Of a stretch of 64,000 nt of DNA, positions 48,921 to 57,347 are shown piece after piece. Each line of letters starts with the position of its first letter. Position 1 is the stretch's first letter. This DNA is from Candidatus Poseidoniaceae archaeon (lineage in GTDB: Archaea; Thermoplasmatota; Poseidoniia; Poseidoniales; Poseidoniaceae): the NCBI GenBank assembly GCA_049438185.1, contig JBMTJI010000002.1, forward strand, positions 71,156 to 135,155, read 5' to 3'. The notes below the pieces were generated by a model. That model worked only from the letters and a program-made list of their open reading frames with translations. It was not told where the DNA came from and searched no databases. A program made the translations under genes and the position numbers.

Positions 48921-50137
48921 TGGATTTGAAGAAACGACGTCAAGATTTTCCAGCCTTGTGTGAAGAGAATCCAGTGGCCTATCTCGACAATGCCTGCGTT
49001 ACGTTGCGACCGCATTCAGTGATCAATGCAATCTCTGATTACTACACCAAAACACCAGGATGTGGTGGGCGCTCTGTACACCGATTCGGAACAACAGTAT
49101 CGAAAACCATTGCCCAATCAAGATCCACACTTCGCAAATTTTTCAATGCCCCATCCGTGAATGAAATCGTCTTCACAAGAAACGCTACGCACAGCTTAAA
49201 TCAAGTTGCGAAAGGCTTGTCATGGTCAACGGGAGACGTCATTCTAACAACGGATCGTGAACACAATTCCAACCTTGTTCCTTGGCTACAACTCGAACAA
49301 GAGCAGGGAGTTGATCACCGAGTTGTGCCATCGAATGCAGACAATACATTTGACTTGGAGGCATTTGAGAACATGTGTGCTGATGCAGGAGGTCAACTAC
49401 GTATGGTCTCCGTCAGCCAAGTTGGCAATCTTGATGGAATCGAAACGCCAATCAAAGAAATCACTAAGATTGCTAAAGATTTCGATGCGCTTGTATGTGT
49501 TGATGGTGCGCAATCAGCACCGCATATGCCTGTTGATGTACAAGAAATGGGCATCGACTTTTTTGCCTTCTCAATCCATAAAATGCTTGGACCCTCAGGA
49601 ATGGGTGGCCTTTGGGGGCGAGAGGATCTACTCAATTCAATGCGTACAATTCAATCGGGTGGTCAAACAGTGAAAACATCGACTTATGATGGGGTCGAGT
49701 GGGCTTCATCACCTTCAAAGTTTGAAGGGGGTTTGGGTCATTTTGCTGGAATGATGGCGACTGGTGCTGCTATTGATTACTTGTCGACGTTGGATATGAA
49801 CCAAGTTCATGAACACGAAATCCATCTCAACCGAATCATGTCTGATGGCGTCAAAGATTTGGATGGCGTTTCAATTATTGGGCCAGAAGATGCAACAAAA
49901 CGTGGTGGCATCTGTTCACTACTCCTTGATGAAAAGTTGCCTGCACACGATATCGCCCTTCTCCTTGACGAAGTTTCAGGCGTAATGGTTCGTTCTGGAC
50001 AACACTGCGTCCATTCATGGTTTAATGACAGAGGATACAATGGCTCATTAAGGGCATCTGCTTACTTTTACAACACTGAAGAGGACGTTCGACGATTTGT
50101 TGATACATTTTCTGAGGCTGTTGAAGCATTCCAATGA
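48914..50137 (+). CDS. Cysteine desulfurase, SufS/CsdA group (class V PLP enzyme)
   Basis: YLDNA, EHNSNLVPW, VDGAQS, SIHKMLGP, RSGQHC, RAS.YFYNT. Confidence 0.9.
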   Translation: MVMDLKKRRQDFPALCEENPVAYLDNACVTLRPHSVINAISDYYTKTPGCGGRSVHRFGTTVSKTIAQSRSTLRKFFNAPSVNEIVFTRNATHSLNQVAKGLSWSTGDVILTTDREHNSNLVPWLQLEQEQGVDHRVVPSNADNTFDLEAFENMCADAGGQLRMVSVSQVGNLDGIETPIKEITKIAKDFDALVCVDGAQSAPHMPVDVQEMGIDFFAFSIHKMLGPSGMGGLWGREDLLNSMRTIQSGGQTVKTSTYDGVEWASSPSKFEGGLGHFAGMMATGAAIDYLSTLDMNQVHEHEIHLNRIMSDGVKDLDGVSIIGPEDATKRGGICSLLLDEKLPAHDIALLLDEVSGVMVRSGQHCVHSWFNDRGYNGSLRASAYFYNTEEDVRRFVDTFSEAVEAFQ

Positions 50138-50146
50138 GGGTCAAGA

Positions 50147-51283
50147 ATGACAGACGATTATGGTGATGCTGAGCCAACTCAAACGCTCTCATCGCAATTG
50201 GAAAAAGATCTCGAAGTTGTTCGCCGTATCGTCAGTATAACGATGGGAGCTCTCCTTATACTCGTTGCAGGATTTGCATACAACATCATTGTTGGAGATG
50301 GACTCACCTTCGTAAAACCGAGTGAATCGCTGATTGAGTCCGAAAAATCATACAAAGAACTCATCAATCTACCAAGTGATTATTCCGGTGCAGGCGTCAA
50401 TGTCTGCATTGTCGACACTGGATTTGAATTGAATCATCCAGACCTCGAAGATTTTGCAGTCTCTGGGTGGATCGATGTTGTTCAAGGAAAATCAAATCCT
50501 TACGACGACAACGGTCACGGGACAAACATGGCTGGTATCCTAGTTGCAGATGGTTGGATCAATGGTGTTGCTAAGAATGTCAATCTCTACGTAGCAAAAT
50601 CCTTGTTGGCCAACGGTTCTGGATACGAAGAGGATGTTGTCGCAGGAATCGATTGGTGTATCGATCAAAACGTCAACATCATATCGCTCTCTCTCGGAGG
50701 TGGACAAGATTTGTTCCCATTCTTAGGCTCTTCAGGACGAACGATTGAGGACTCCGTTAATGATGCAACAGCTCGCGGTATTTTTGTCATCGCCGCTGCC
50801 GGCAATGATGGAGATGACGACGATGGGGATGTCGCTTCACCAGGTAGTGAGCGCAGAGTGATTTGTGTTGGTGGCGTGACTCCAAATGGCAGCCCATGGG
50901 TGAAATCATCGATAGGGGATAATGGATTTCGCGACACTTGGCCATTTGTTCCACGAAACGATCCCGACAAAAAACCAGAACTTGTGGCACCAGCCGTTGA
51001 GGTTCCAGTTCTCAATACGCAAGGAACGTGGTCTTCTGCAAGTGGAACGAGCGCAGCAACGGTCTACGTAACTGGAGCTTTAGCACTCCTTCTTGAAGCA
51101 CATCCAGAACTGGCAAGTAATGGCACAGATGGGGATGTATCAACGATTGATCAGGTCAAAGATTGGATTATGCAAACCGTTCAACCCAACTACGGACAAA
51201 CCGGGCACGACGATAAGTATGGGTACGGTCTGCTCGATATTGAAGCATTAATCCAATTGGCTGATGATGAGTCTAGCGCTTGA
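50147..51283 (+). CDS. S8 serine peptidase with N-terminal membrane anchor
   Basis: VDTG, HGTNMAG, AAAGN, SGTSAAT, YGYG. Confidence 0.88.
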   Translation: MTDDYGDAEPTQTLSSQLEKDLEVVRRIVSITMGALLILVAGFAYNIIVGDGLTFVKPSESLIESEKSYKELINLPSDYSGAGVNVCIVDTGFELNHPDLEDFAVSGWIDVVQGKSNPYDDNGHGTNMAGILVADGWINGVAKNVNLYVAKSLLANGSGYEEDVVAGIDWCIDQNVNIISLSLGGGQDLFPFLGSSGRTIEDSVNDATARGIFVIAAAGNDGDDDDGDVASPGSERRVICVGGVTPNGSPWVKSSIGDNGFRDTWPFVPRNDPDKKPELVAPAVEVPVLNTQGTWSSASGTSAATVYVTGALALLLEAHPELASNGTDGDVSTIDQVKDWIMQTVQPNYGQTGHDDKYGYGLLDIEALIQLADDESSA

Positions 51284-51989
51284 AAAAAGCAACAATTGTT
51301 CCTCCAAACAGTGGGACAAAAGCCACATGGTGCGTCACTTGAATCGTTTGAATCAATTCAATCCATGCATTGAAACCGTCAACCTTTGCCTTTCCATCCT
51401 CATCGAGTTCATCATACTCTCCAACTGGGGTTTCAGGCTCTGTGGTGTAGAGGACTCCATTATTGGAAAGCAGTTCCATAGCGTATTGTAAATCGTTTGC
51501 AAGACGTGCAAGCGGTGCATCAACAATGATGGCATCGTACTGTTCTGCAAGCCTTCGCTCATCTGCACCAACACCTGATGCTGTTGTCAATTTCCATGCT
51601 TTTTCTTCGGCGCAAAGCGTTGCAAAGTCATTGACGATGATGTTCGACCATGAGGAGGCATCGTATCTCGTCAACAGGCGATGTAGAATGACCCCAAACT
51701 TCGCACCTTGCTCGACAATATCATACCGCTGAATTGGATGTTGATTGAATAAATCGTACAACCATGCTGAACGATGTCCAATACTTCCACCAACCTCAAG
51801 CACAGTCTTCGGCTCTTGACGACCAATTGCATCACGAAGTCGGCGAAGAACCGAAATTGACCATGTTGACAAGCCCATGTGTTCGAGTTGTGTAGCAATA
51901 TTTGCTGCAATTTCTGGCTCATCACGGGAACGTTCATGATCAGCATTCAGTAAACTTGGTAGGATTTGGTCTCGGCCTACCTCGCTCAT
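51273..51989 (-). CDS. Class I SAM-dependent methyltransferase-like protein
   Basis: Motif I-like VLEVGGSIG, YDAIIVDA and LSNNGVL. Confidence 0.65.
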   Translation of the reverse strand: MSEVGRDQILPSLLNADHERSRDEPEIAANIATQLEHMGLSTWSISVLRRLRDAIGRQEPKTVLEVGGSIGHRSAWLYDLFNQHPIQRYDIVEQGAKFGVILHRLLTRYDASSWSNIIVNDFATLCAEEKAWKLTTASGVGADERRLAEQYDAIIVDAPLARLANDLQYAMELLSNNGVLYTTEPETPVGEYDELDEDGKAKVDGFNAWIELIQTIQVTHHVAFVPLFGGTIVAFFKR

Positions 51990-52074
51990 GGTAAGGTCTC
52001 GAAGACCGTTTGTTTTGAACACTGTGCCGAAACCACATGCGGTGGATTGAAAGGGGGAGCCCATCGAGCGCACC

Positions 52075-52854
52075 ATGAGAAACATGGATGATGACTTCTA
52101 TGACGATGACTTCGGTGATGACGAAGTCATCGAGAATGCGGTTCTATGTCCGACTTGCGAGGATGTAACTGGACATGAAATTCTCAGAGAAAAGGAGATT
52201 GGGCGAGGGAAAGATTACCTCCTACGCTGTGAATCTTGTTCCACTGTTCATGAAATACAATTCAGGGCACCTCCACTCAAGCGCGTCCCTTTCATGCTCA
52301 CCGATGGCCCCAAATCCTACATGGCTACAATCGATCTTGATTCGGATGAATGGCTTGAGCTTGATGATGTCTTCGAACACGATGAAATGGCTTGGAGAAT
52401 TACTCGATTAGAATCAGAAAATGGCTCTGTAGATGAGTTAGAAGCGGTGAATCTCGTACGGGCTGTTGCTCTTCGTCAGGATATGCTTCGGGTAAAGATA
52501 ACGAAAACTCGTGGAGAATTCTCTACACCTGATGTACTCATTGTTGAGGAAGGTACAGCATTCAAAGCCGGTACAATCATTGATATCGGCGTTCAAACTT
52601 GGCGTATACGAGCAATACACACAGGAGAAGGTCGCACACTTCGAGGGACCGTTGATGCATCCAAGATCAAACGAATGTACTTGCACGAACCACCACGTCC
52701 AGAACGATTCGAACCGAAAACGCCTCGAGAGCGACGTCAAGCATGGAAGGAAGGTCGTCTTGGATTCAATCCAAATCCAATCCTTCCAAAGGAACAGATC
52801 AAAAAGCGCGTCAAGCCTACAAACAAGCGGAAGAAAAAGAAAGCCCGCAAGTGA
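52075..52854 (+). CDS. Archaeal zinc-finger protein (HVO_0476-like)
   Basis: CPTC...HEIL...RCESC..H, ITRLE and a basic C-terminal tail. Confidence 0.7.
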   Translation: MRNMDDDFYDDDFGDDEVIENAVLCPTCEDVTGHEILREKEIGRGKDYLLRCESCSTVHEIQFRAPPLKRVPFMLTDGPKSYMATIDLDSDEWLELDDVFEHDEMAWRITRLESENGSVDELEAVNLVRAVALRQDMLRVKITKTRGEFSTPDVLIVEEGTAFKAGTIIDIGVQTWRIRAIHTGEGRTLRGTVDASKIKRMYLHEPPRPERFEPKTPRERRQAWKEGRLGFNPNPILPKEQIKKRVKPTNKRKKKKARK

Positions 52855-53823
52855 TCAAGGTCGGTTGGTCCAAGGCATTAGAAACGCCTTGGCAATTTGG
52901 AGACCAATCGTAGGATTTTCTTGCAGTCGACGGATGCTGTATTCGTACCATTTTTCTCCGTATGGAATGTAGACGCGAGTACGATGACCTTGTTTGGTTA
53001 ATTTTCTTCGCATCGGACCTCGAACCCCGAGCAACATTTGGAATTCATATCCTGGACCTTTTCCATTCCTAGGCCCACCTGCATTGTCCCGAGGGTCATC
53101 GATTGAAGGACCCATCTTGAATTCCTTTAGAACCTCAAGGGAGTAATCAACGACAGGAATATCATGGGATGCAATTCCGACATATGCACCATGCTCCAAC
53201 GCCTTGCGAATCGCTTCATTGGTTTTCTCACGGATGTCTGAACGAGACGTGTATGCAATCTCTTCTGGTTCCAAATAGATACCTTTGCAGATTCGATAGT
53301 CAGCATTTGGGCCAATTGCAAGACCAACACTTTCGATATCATCTGGGGTTCGATGAAGACGTCCTTGGAGCACAGTTCCAACATTCATCAATCCCTTCTC
53401 ATGCAAATCAAGGACGACTTGGATTGTTTCTGTCGTAACACGATGATCCTCCATATCGAGGCGTACGAACATATCATGTGTTGCCGCTTGTCGAACAAGG
53501 GACTCAATGTTCTCCATTCCCTTGTCCTTATCGATGAGCAGACCAAAAGCTGTTGGTTTGATGGACAGGTTTGCGTCAAATTTGTTCTCAACAATTGCAT
53601 TCATGACACGAACGTATTCGTCGAGAAAGAATTGAGCCTCATCCAAGGAGGATATCTCTTCACCAAGAACATCGATGGTAAAGCAAGCTCCTTCTGATTC
53701 AAGACGTTTCATAACCGCAACTGCGTCATTAAGTGTCGAGCCGGCGACGTATCGTCTCGACACCCAGCGAACAAACCAACGAGGCATCCGTAATGTCATT
53801 GCCACGATGAGTTTCGACAACAT
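52855..53823 (-). CDS. Monofunctional proline dehydrogenase
   Basis: RYVAG, DVLGE, SIKPT, RLDMED, RICKGIY, ASHD, EFQMLLG, YIPYG..WYEYSIRRLQE. Confidence 0.93.
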   Translation of the reverse strand: MLSKLIVAMTLRMPRWFVRWVSRRYVAGSTLNDAVAVMKRLESEGACFTIDVLGEEISSLDEAQFFLDEYVRVMNAIVENKFDANLSIKPTAFGLLIDKDKGMENIESLVRQAATHDMFVRLDMEDHRVTTETIQVVLDLHEKGLMNVGTVLQGRLHRTPDDIESVGLAIGPNADYRICKGIYLEPEEIAYTSRSDIREKTNEAIRKALEHGAYVGIASHDIPVVDYSLEVLKEFKMGPSIDDPRDNAGGPRNGKGPGYEFQMLLGVRGPMRRKLTKQGHRTRVYIPYGEKWYEYSIRRLQENPTIGLQIAKAFLMPWTNRP

Positions 53824-53840
53824 AACCGAGCCACCTCATG

Positions 53841-54797
53841 TTATTGGCCTGCTTGGCATCCTTTGACCATTTCCAAAAACGCATTAGTTCGGACGACTTC
53901 AATCCCAATGGATTCCAAATGCTCGTAAATCAACTGACGTTGCCAACCTTTGAATGATTTTTTTTCAACATTGCAAACAACATTTCCTCCCGGAAAAGCC
54001 TTTTTTGTAGAAGAGACCGCAGCATCGATGGATTGCTTCCAAAGAATACCTGGGTCTTCTTGAGAACCAAATGGGAGGGAATGATTGGCCAACATATGGC
54101 CGAGCCACACGTTCTCTTCGAGTGCTAGTTTGTTGGCTTTTGGAGCATAATGGCCTCCTCCTAAAGTGATGAGAACAGGTTCACCTATGTTCTTTGAAGT
54201 CCACGCTGAATTGGAAAAGTTGTTTTCAAAATCGAGCCCTTCACCGATGATCTCGGCAAGAAGTTTCGCCGCCTCCTTATTCGGCCAATAAGGTTCAGTT
54301 GAACCAACTTCAATGAACAGTGCAGGAACATCAAGAATTGGCCCATGGTGCGTCACCTCAAGTGAGAGAGAAAACTCCGGAATGGCTCTCTCTTCCCATT
54401 TCTGGTGAAGGAGTCTCCACCATGAAGCAATTCGAGGATTTGGCGGAGGTGCAAATCCAGAACGTCCCCCGAAAGGAGGTTCTTCTCCAATCGGGTGATG
54501 TGGAACACCAATGGGATGCAATGTGAGACAAGGTTGACCGCTGACTGCAGCATGTCTTGATGGAAAAATCACCTCTGTAACATCCTCTCCTGTCGCATTG
54601 CGCCAACGCTGGTCAAGATAATCTTCCCAGAGAATCCGATTCGGTAAAAACCACATGCGAACGTTGCCGATGGCATACGATGGATATGTTTCAACATCAT
54701 CTTGCTGCTCCCAAGGATTGTTCTCAAGTAGGAATTTGGCCTGATTGGTGGAGGCGATGTCATCACCGTTCACTGCGATGAGAATTACTTCCGCCAT
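53841..54797 (-). CDS. dtdA: D-aminoacyl-tRNA deacylase (archaeal DTD2)
   Basis: D.AS.N, FPSRH, LTLHPIG, EVTHHGP, FIEVGS, LGGGHYA. Confidence 0.9.
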   Translation of the reverse strand: MAEVILIAVNGDDIASTNQAKFLLENNPWEQQDDVETYPSYAIGNVRMWFLPNRILWEDYLDQRWRNATGEDVTEVIFPSRHAAVSGQPCLTLHPIGVPHHPIGEEPPFGGRSGFAPPPNPRIASWWRLLHQKWEERAIPEFSLSLEVTHHGPILDVPALFIEVGSTEPYWPNKEAAKLLAEIIGEGLDFENNFSNSAWTSKNIGEPVLITLGGGHYAPKANKLALEENVWLGHMLANHSLPFGSQEDPGILWKQSIDAAVSSTKKAFPGGNVVCNVEKKSFKGWQRQLIYEHLESIGIEVVRTNAFLEMVKGCQAGQ

Positions 54798-54864
54798 AAT
54801 TGAATCCAAGGGGAGCCACTTCTTCAAAGCGAGTATTGACAAAGAACCTCTTCATCCTCTTTGC

Positions 54865-55809
54865 ATGGGCGAGGAGCCAAAGTCAATTCAACTTCCATTT
54901 CGCACTCTAAAAATCATCGAGACGCCGGAGGTTCAAGGTGTTCATGCGATTGCAATTGGCGTGGATGGTGAACTATGTCGACTTGACGGAGATTGGAACC
55001 CGGTTGAAACATATGCAAGGCCGTTTCCTATGTCGATTCAACATGCTATCGTTGTAGGAGATGTTCTCATTGCTACATGGATCGATCGAGAACTCTTGTT
55101 GGCGAGGATGGGTTGCATGCCTCTTGACAAACCCTTCAGAAACGGAGTTGAGCGAGGCGATTTACGAATCGCACGAGAACTCGAACATGCCATCCTTCCG
55201 GAGGGGGCTGTATGGGCTCATGTACTCGATGCGGAACCTCTTGCTTTGGCAGGAATGAATGATGGGTTTGCCTTTGTCTTGTGGAATCGAGGTATTTACG
55301 CCTTCGATGTCACAGGAGTTGAACAGTGGAGAGCTTCTCCGCCCGAATGGCCAGAACTATCGCATCTACCCATGAGTCAGGAAACTGTGGCTCTCCTTGA
55401 AACAATGTCGACCATCGAGGTCTGGTCAAGGGCGGGTGGATGCTTACGACTCTCAAAATCAAATGGTTCCAAAATCGGCAGTGCCCATTTTGAACTCGAA
55501 GGAGGACTTTCAGGCGTGTATGGAACCGAAACGGAACGGCTCCTTCTACTCAGTGATGGCCGCTGTTACCAGTACAGAGATGGTGCGAGAGTTGCCGATC
55601 TTTCAACAAAGGGTCCTATTCAACATGCTTTGCGAATGAATCAAGAATTCTGGGTTCTATCTGGATGGCGAGAAGAGATTGCTCTTCGCCAAACGGGCGT
55701 TCAAGTTCTCAAACAGGACGAAGTTGTCGTTCAGCATTTGGTAAAAGATGAACAACTTTGGCTGCTCACAAATGATGGATACTTGCATCATTCATTCTTG
55801 ACGGAGTAG
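54865..55809 (+). CDS. Hypothetical protein, beta-rich
   Basis: 314-aa ORF divergent from dtdA, with repeated beta-strand/DG turns. Confidence 0.7.
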   Translation: MGEEPKSIQLPFRTLKIIETPEVQGVHAIAIGVDGELCRLDGDWNPVETYARPFPMSIQHAIVVGDVLIATWIDRELLLARMGCMPLDKPFRNGVERGDLRIARELEHAILPEGAVWAHVLDAEPLALAGMNDGFAFVLWNRGIYAFDVTGVEQWRASPPEWPELSHLPMSQETVALLETMSTIEVWSRAGGCLRLSKSNGSKIGSAHFELEGGLSGVYGTETERLLLLSDGRCYQYRDGARVADLSTKGPIQHALRMNQEFWVLSGWREEIALRQTGVQVLKQDEVVVQHLVKDEQLWLLTNDGYLHHSFLTE

Positions 55810-55958
55810 CCACAGCGACCACACGTTTTGCGGTCAGAGTGTGCTCCGAGGAAGACACCTGGACCACAATTCGGACAGTGCTCGGCTTTACGCTCGAGTG
55901 TACCGTCATCAGAAATCGAATACTTCGACCACTTTGCTTTTGGATTTGGTTCTCCCAT
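55788..55958 (-). CDS. rps27ae: 30S ribosomal protein S27ae (eS31), missing from the ORF track
   Basis: Hand translation gives [61 protein letters not shown] overlap with rps24e. Confidence 0.95.
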   Translation of the reverse strand: MGEPNPKAKWSKYSISDDGTLERKAEHCPNCGPGVFLGAHSDRKTCGRCGYSVKNE

Positions 55959-56311
55959 CATTCACCACCGTCCTCTGTTTCTTCAGCAACATCTTCTGTT
56001 GCTTCTTCAGCAGTCTCCTCTGCTGCATTGCCACTTCGGAATCCTTTGTGGCGCTCGTGAATGTATTCTGGCTCAACTTTCATGGCTTCAGCATTCTCGT
56101 AAATCAATGCCTGACCGGTTGTGAGCGCTTGTCCGTACCGAGTCTTGCAGTTCTTGACAACAATGTAATCTGGGTTTGATCCTGGTTCAAGCGTTTTCAC
56201 GAGGTCCATAATGTCCTTCTTTGAAGGTGTTTTCGAACCTTTGTGGTTCCACTTAAAATCGATTTCAACTCGGTTGAGAAGTTTGTTTTCTGTTCGGTTT
56301 ACAATGTCCAT
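55958..56311 (-). CDS. rps24e: 30S ribosomal protein S24e
   Basis: [22 protein letters not shown] and the canonical operon position. Confidence 0.93.
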   Translation of the reverse strand: MDIVNRTENKLLNRVEIDFKWNHKGSKTPSKKDIMDLVKTLEPGSNPDYIVVKNCKTRYGQALTTGQALIYENAEAMKVEPEYIHERHKGFRSGNAAEETAEEATEDVAEETEDGGE

Positions 56312-56324
56312 GTGTTCGTCCTCC

Positions 56325-56528
56325 TTATCGGATGTTTACTTTCAATGCGTAGTGCCCTGGTTGGTCGATATTTAATCGCTCAGCTATCTCTGAGCGTGAT
56401 GGGTTCATGATGATGACATAACCTTGCCAATCCGAGGTCGTTTGAGCGGAAGGATGGCGAGGGCATTGGTCAACTCCATCCTGAAGGATAAGTCCACAAT
56501 CACCGCAAGCGAATGGATTTTTTGCCAT
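56325..56528 (-). CDS. spt4: Transcription elongation factor Spt4 (RpoE2)
   Basis: ACGDC...CPRH...DWQGYVIIMNP..SEIA.RL.I..PG.YALKV. Confidence 0.93.
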   Translation of the reverse strand: MAKNPFACGDCGLILQDGVDQCPRHPSAQTTSDWQGYVIIMNPSRSEIAERLNIDQPGHYALKVNIR

Positions 56529-56530
56529 GT

Positions 56531-57082
56531 TCACTCACCTTCTTGTCCAAGCCACTCGAGAGATCCGAGTCCTGGTTGTTTGCAGGTTAAACCAATCTTT
56601 GAGCGACGAGGGTCGCTCGTGTCAGGAGATAAGGAGACAATTCGGGCTCGCACCGCAGTACCGATTCCGAGTCGCTTGTCGTCGTTTCGACCAGAAATGG
56701 TTCCCGCACCGACGTTGACCTCCACCTGGTCATCCAAAATTTGGGATTTGTGGAGGAGGGCTTCCATAGGACCAATGCGTACGAAGGCTCCGAATTCGTT
56801 GACTTCAGAGATTGCACCTTCAACGACTTCGTAGTCGTCCATACAGAAAAGGAGGGCATCAAAACGAACCCTCTGGTAGATTGCACCGTCTCCGTGAATG
56901 ATTCGGCCACGTCCGAGTGGTGTGTGGTTGCTTGTCACCAAAATGAATCGGTTTTGCTCATCGAATCGGCCTTCGAATGCTGTCATAGCCAATCGATCGA
57001 TGTGCTGATCGAGCGATTGTCCCTTTTTCATGTACTCTGCAGGGATACGAATGGTGTCCTCTCTTGTGACGATTTTGTACAT
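56531..57082 (-). CDS. rpoE1: RNA polymerase subunit Rpo7 (E')
   Basis: DTIRIP, GRIIHGDGA, S1 domain FGAFVRIGPMEALLHKSQI, KIGLTCKQPGLG. Confidence 0.95.
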   Translation of the reverse strand: MYKIVTREDTIRIPAEYMKKGQSLDQHIDRLAMTAFEGRFDEQNRFILVTSNHTPLGRGRIIHGDGAIYQRVRFDALLFCMDDYEVVEGAISEVNEFGAFVRIGPMEALLHKSQILDDQVEVNVGAGTISGRNDDKRLGIGTAVRARIVSLSPDTSDPRRSKIGLTCKQPGLGSLEWLGQEGE

Positions 57083-57096
57083 CTTTTTCCTCTCCC

Positions 57097-57195
57097 GGGC
57101 TTCTCTAACCGAGTGATGAAGGGGAAGAGGCAGAACCTTTCCGTCCTTCACCGGCTTTCGCCTCGGGAGAGAAGTTGACCGAAGTCATTTCGCCC
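57097..57195 (-). ncRNA. Candidate structured cis-regulatory leader of the rpoE1-spt4-rps24e-rps27ae operon
   Basis: Nested helices with cUUCGg and GAAA tetraloops and a G-U pair, all consistent only on the minus strand. Confidence 0.6.
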
Positions 57196-57347
57196 ACTGT
57201 CGACCCCTATATGAAGCCCACGCATTCATTCAAGCAACTGCGAATAAGAAAAATCAACCCTGAGCGCCATCAAAGAGGTTGAAATACGAGCCTGCATGAT
57301 GCTTCAAGAGCAAAACAATAACAACCCCTCACGGCCGAATATATACA

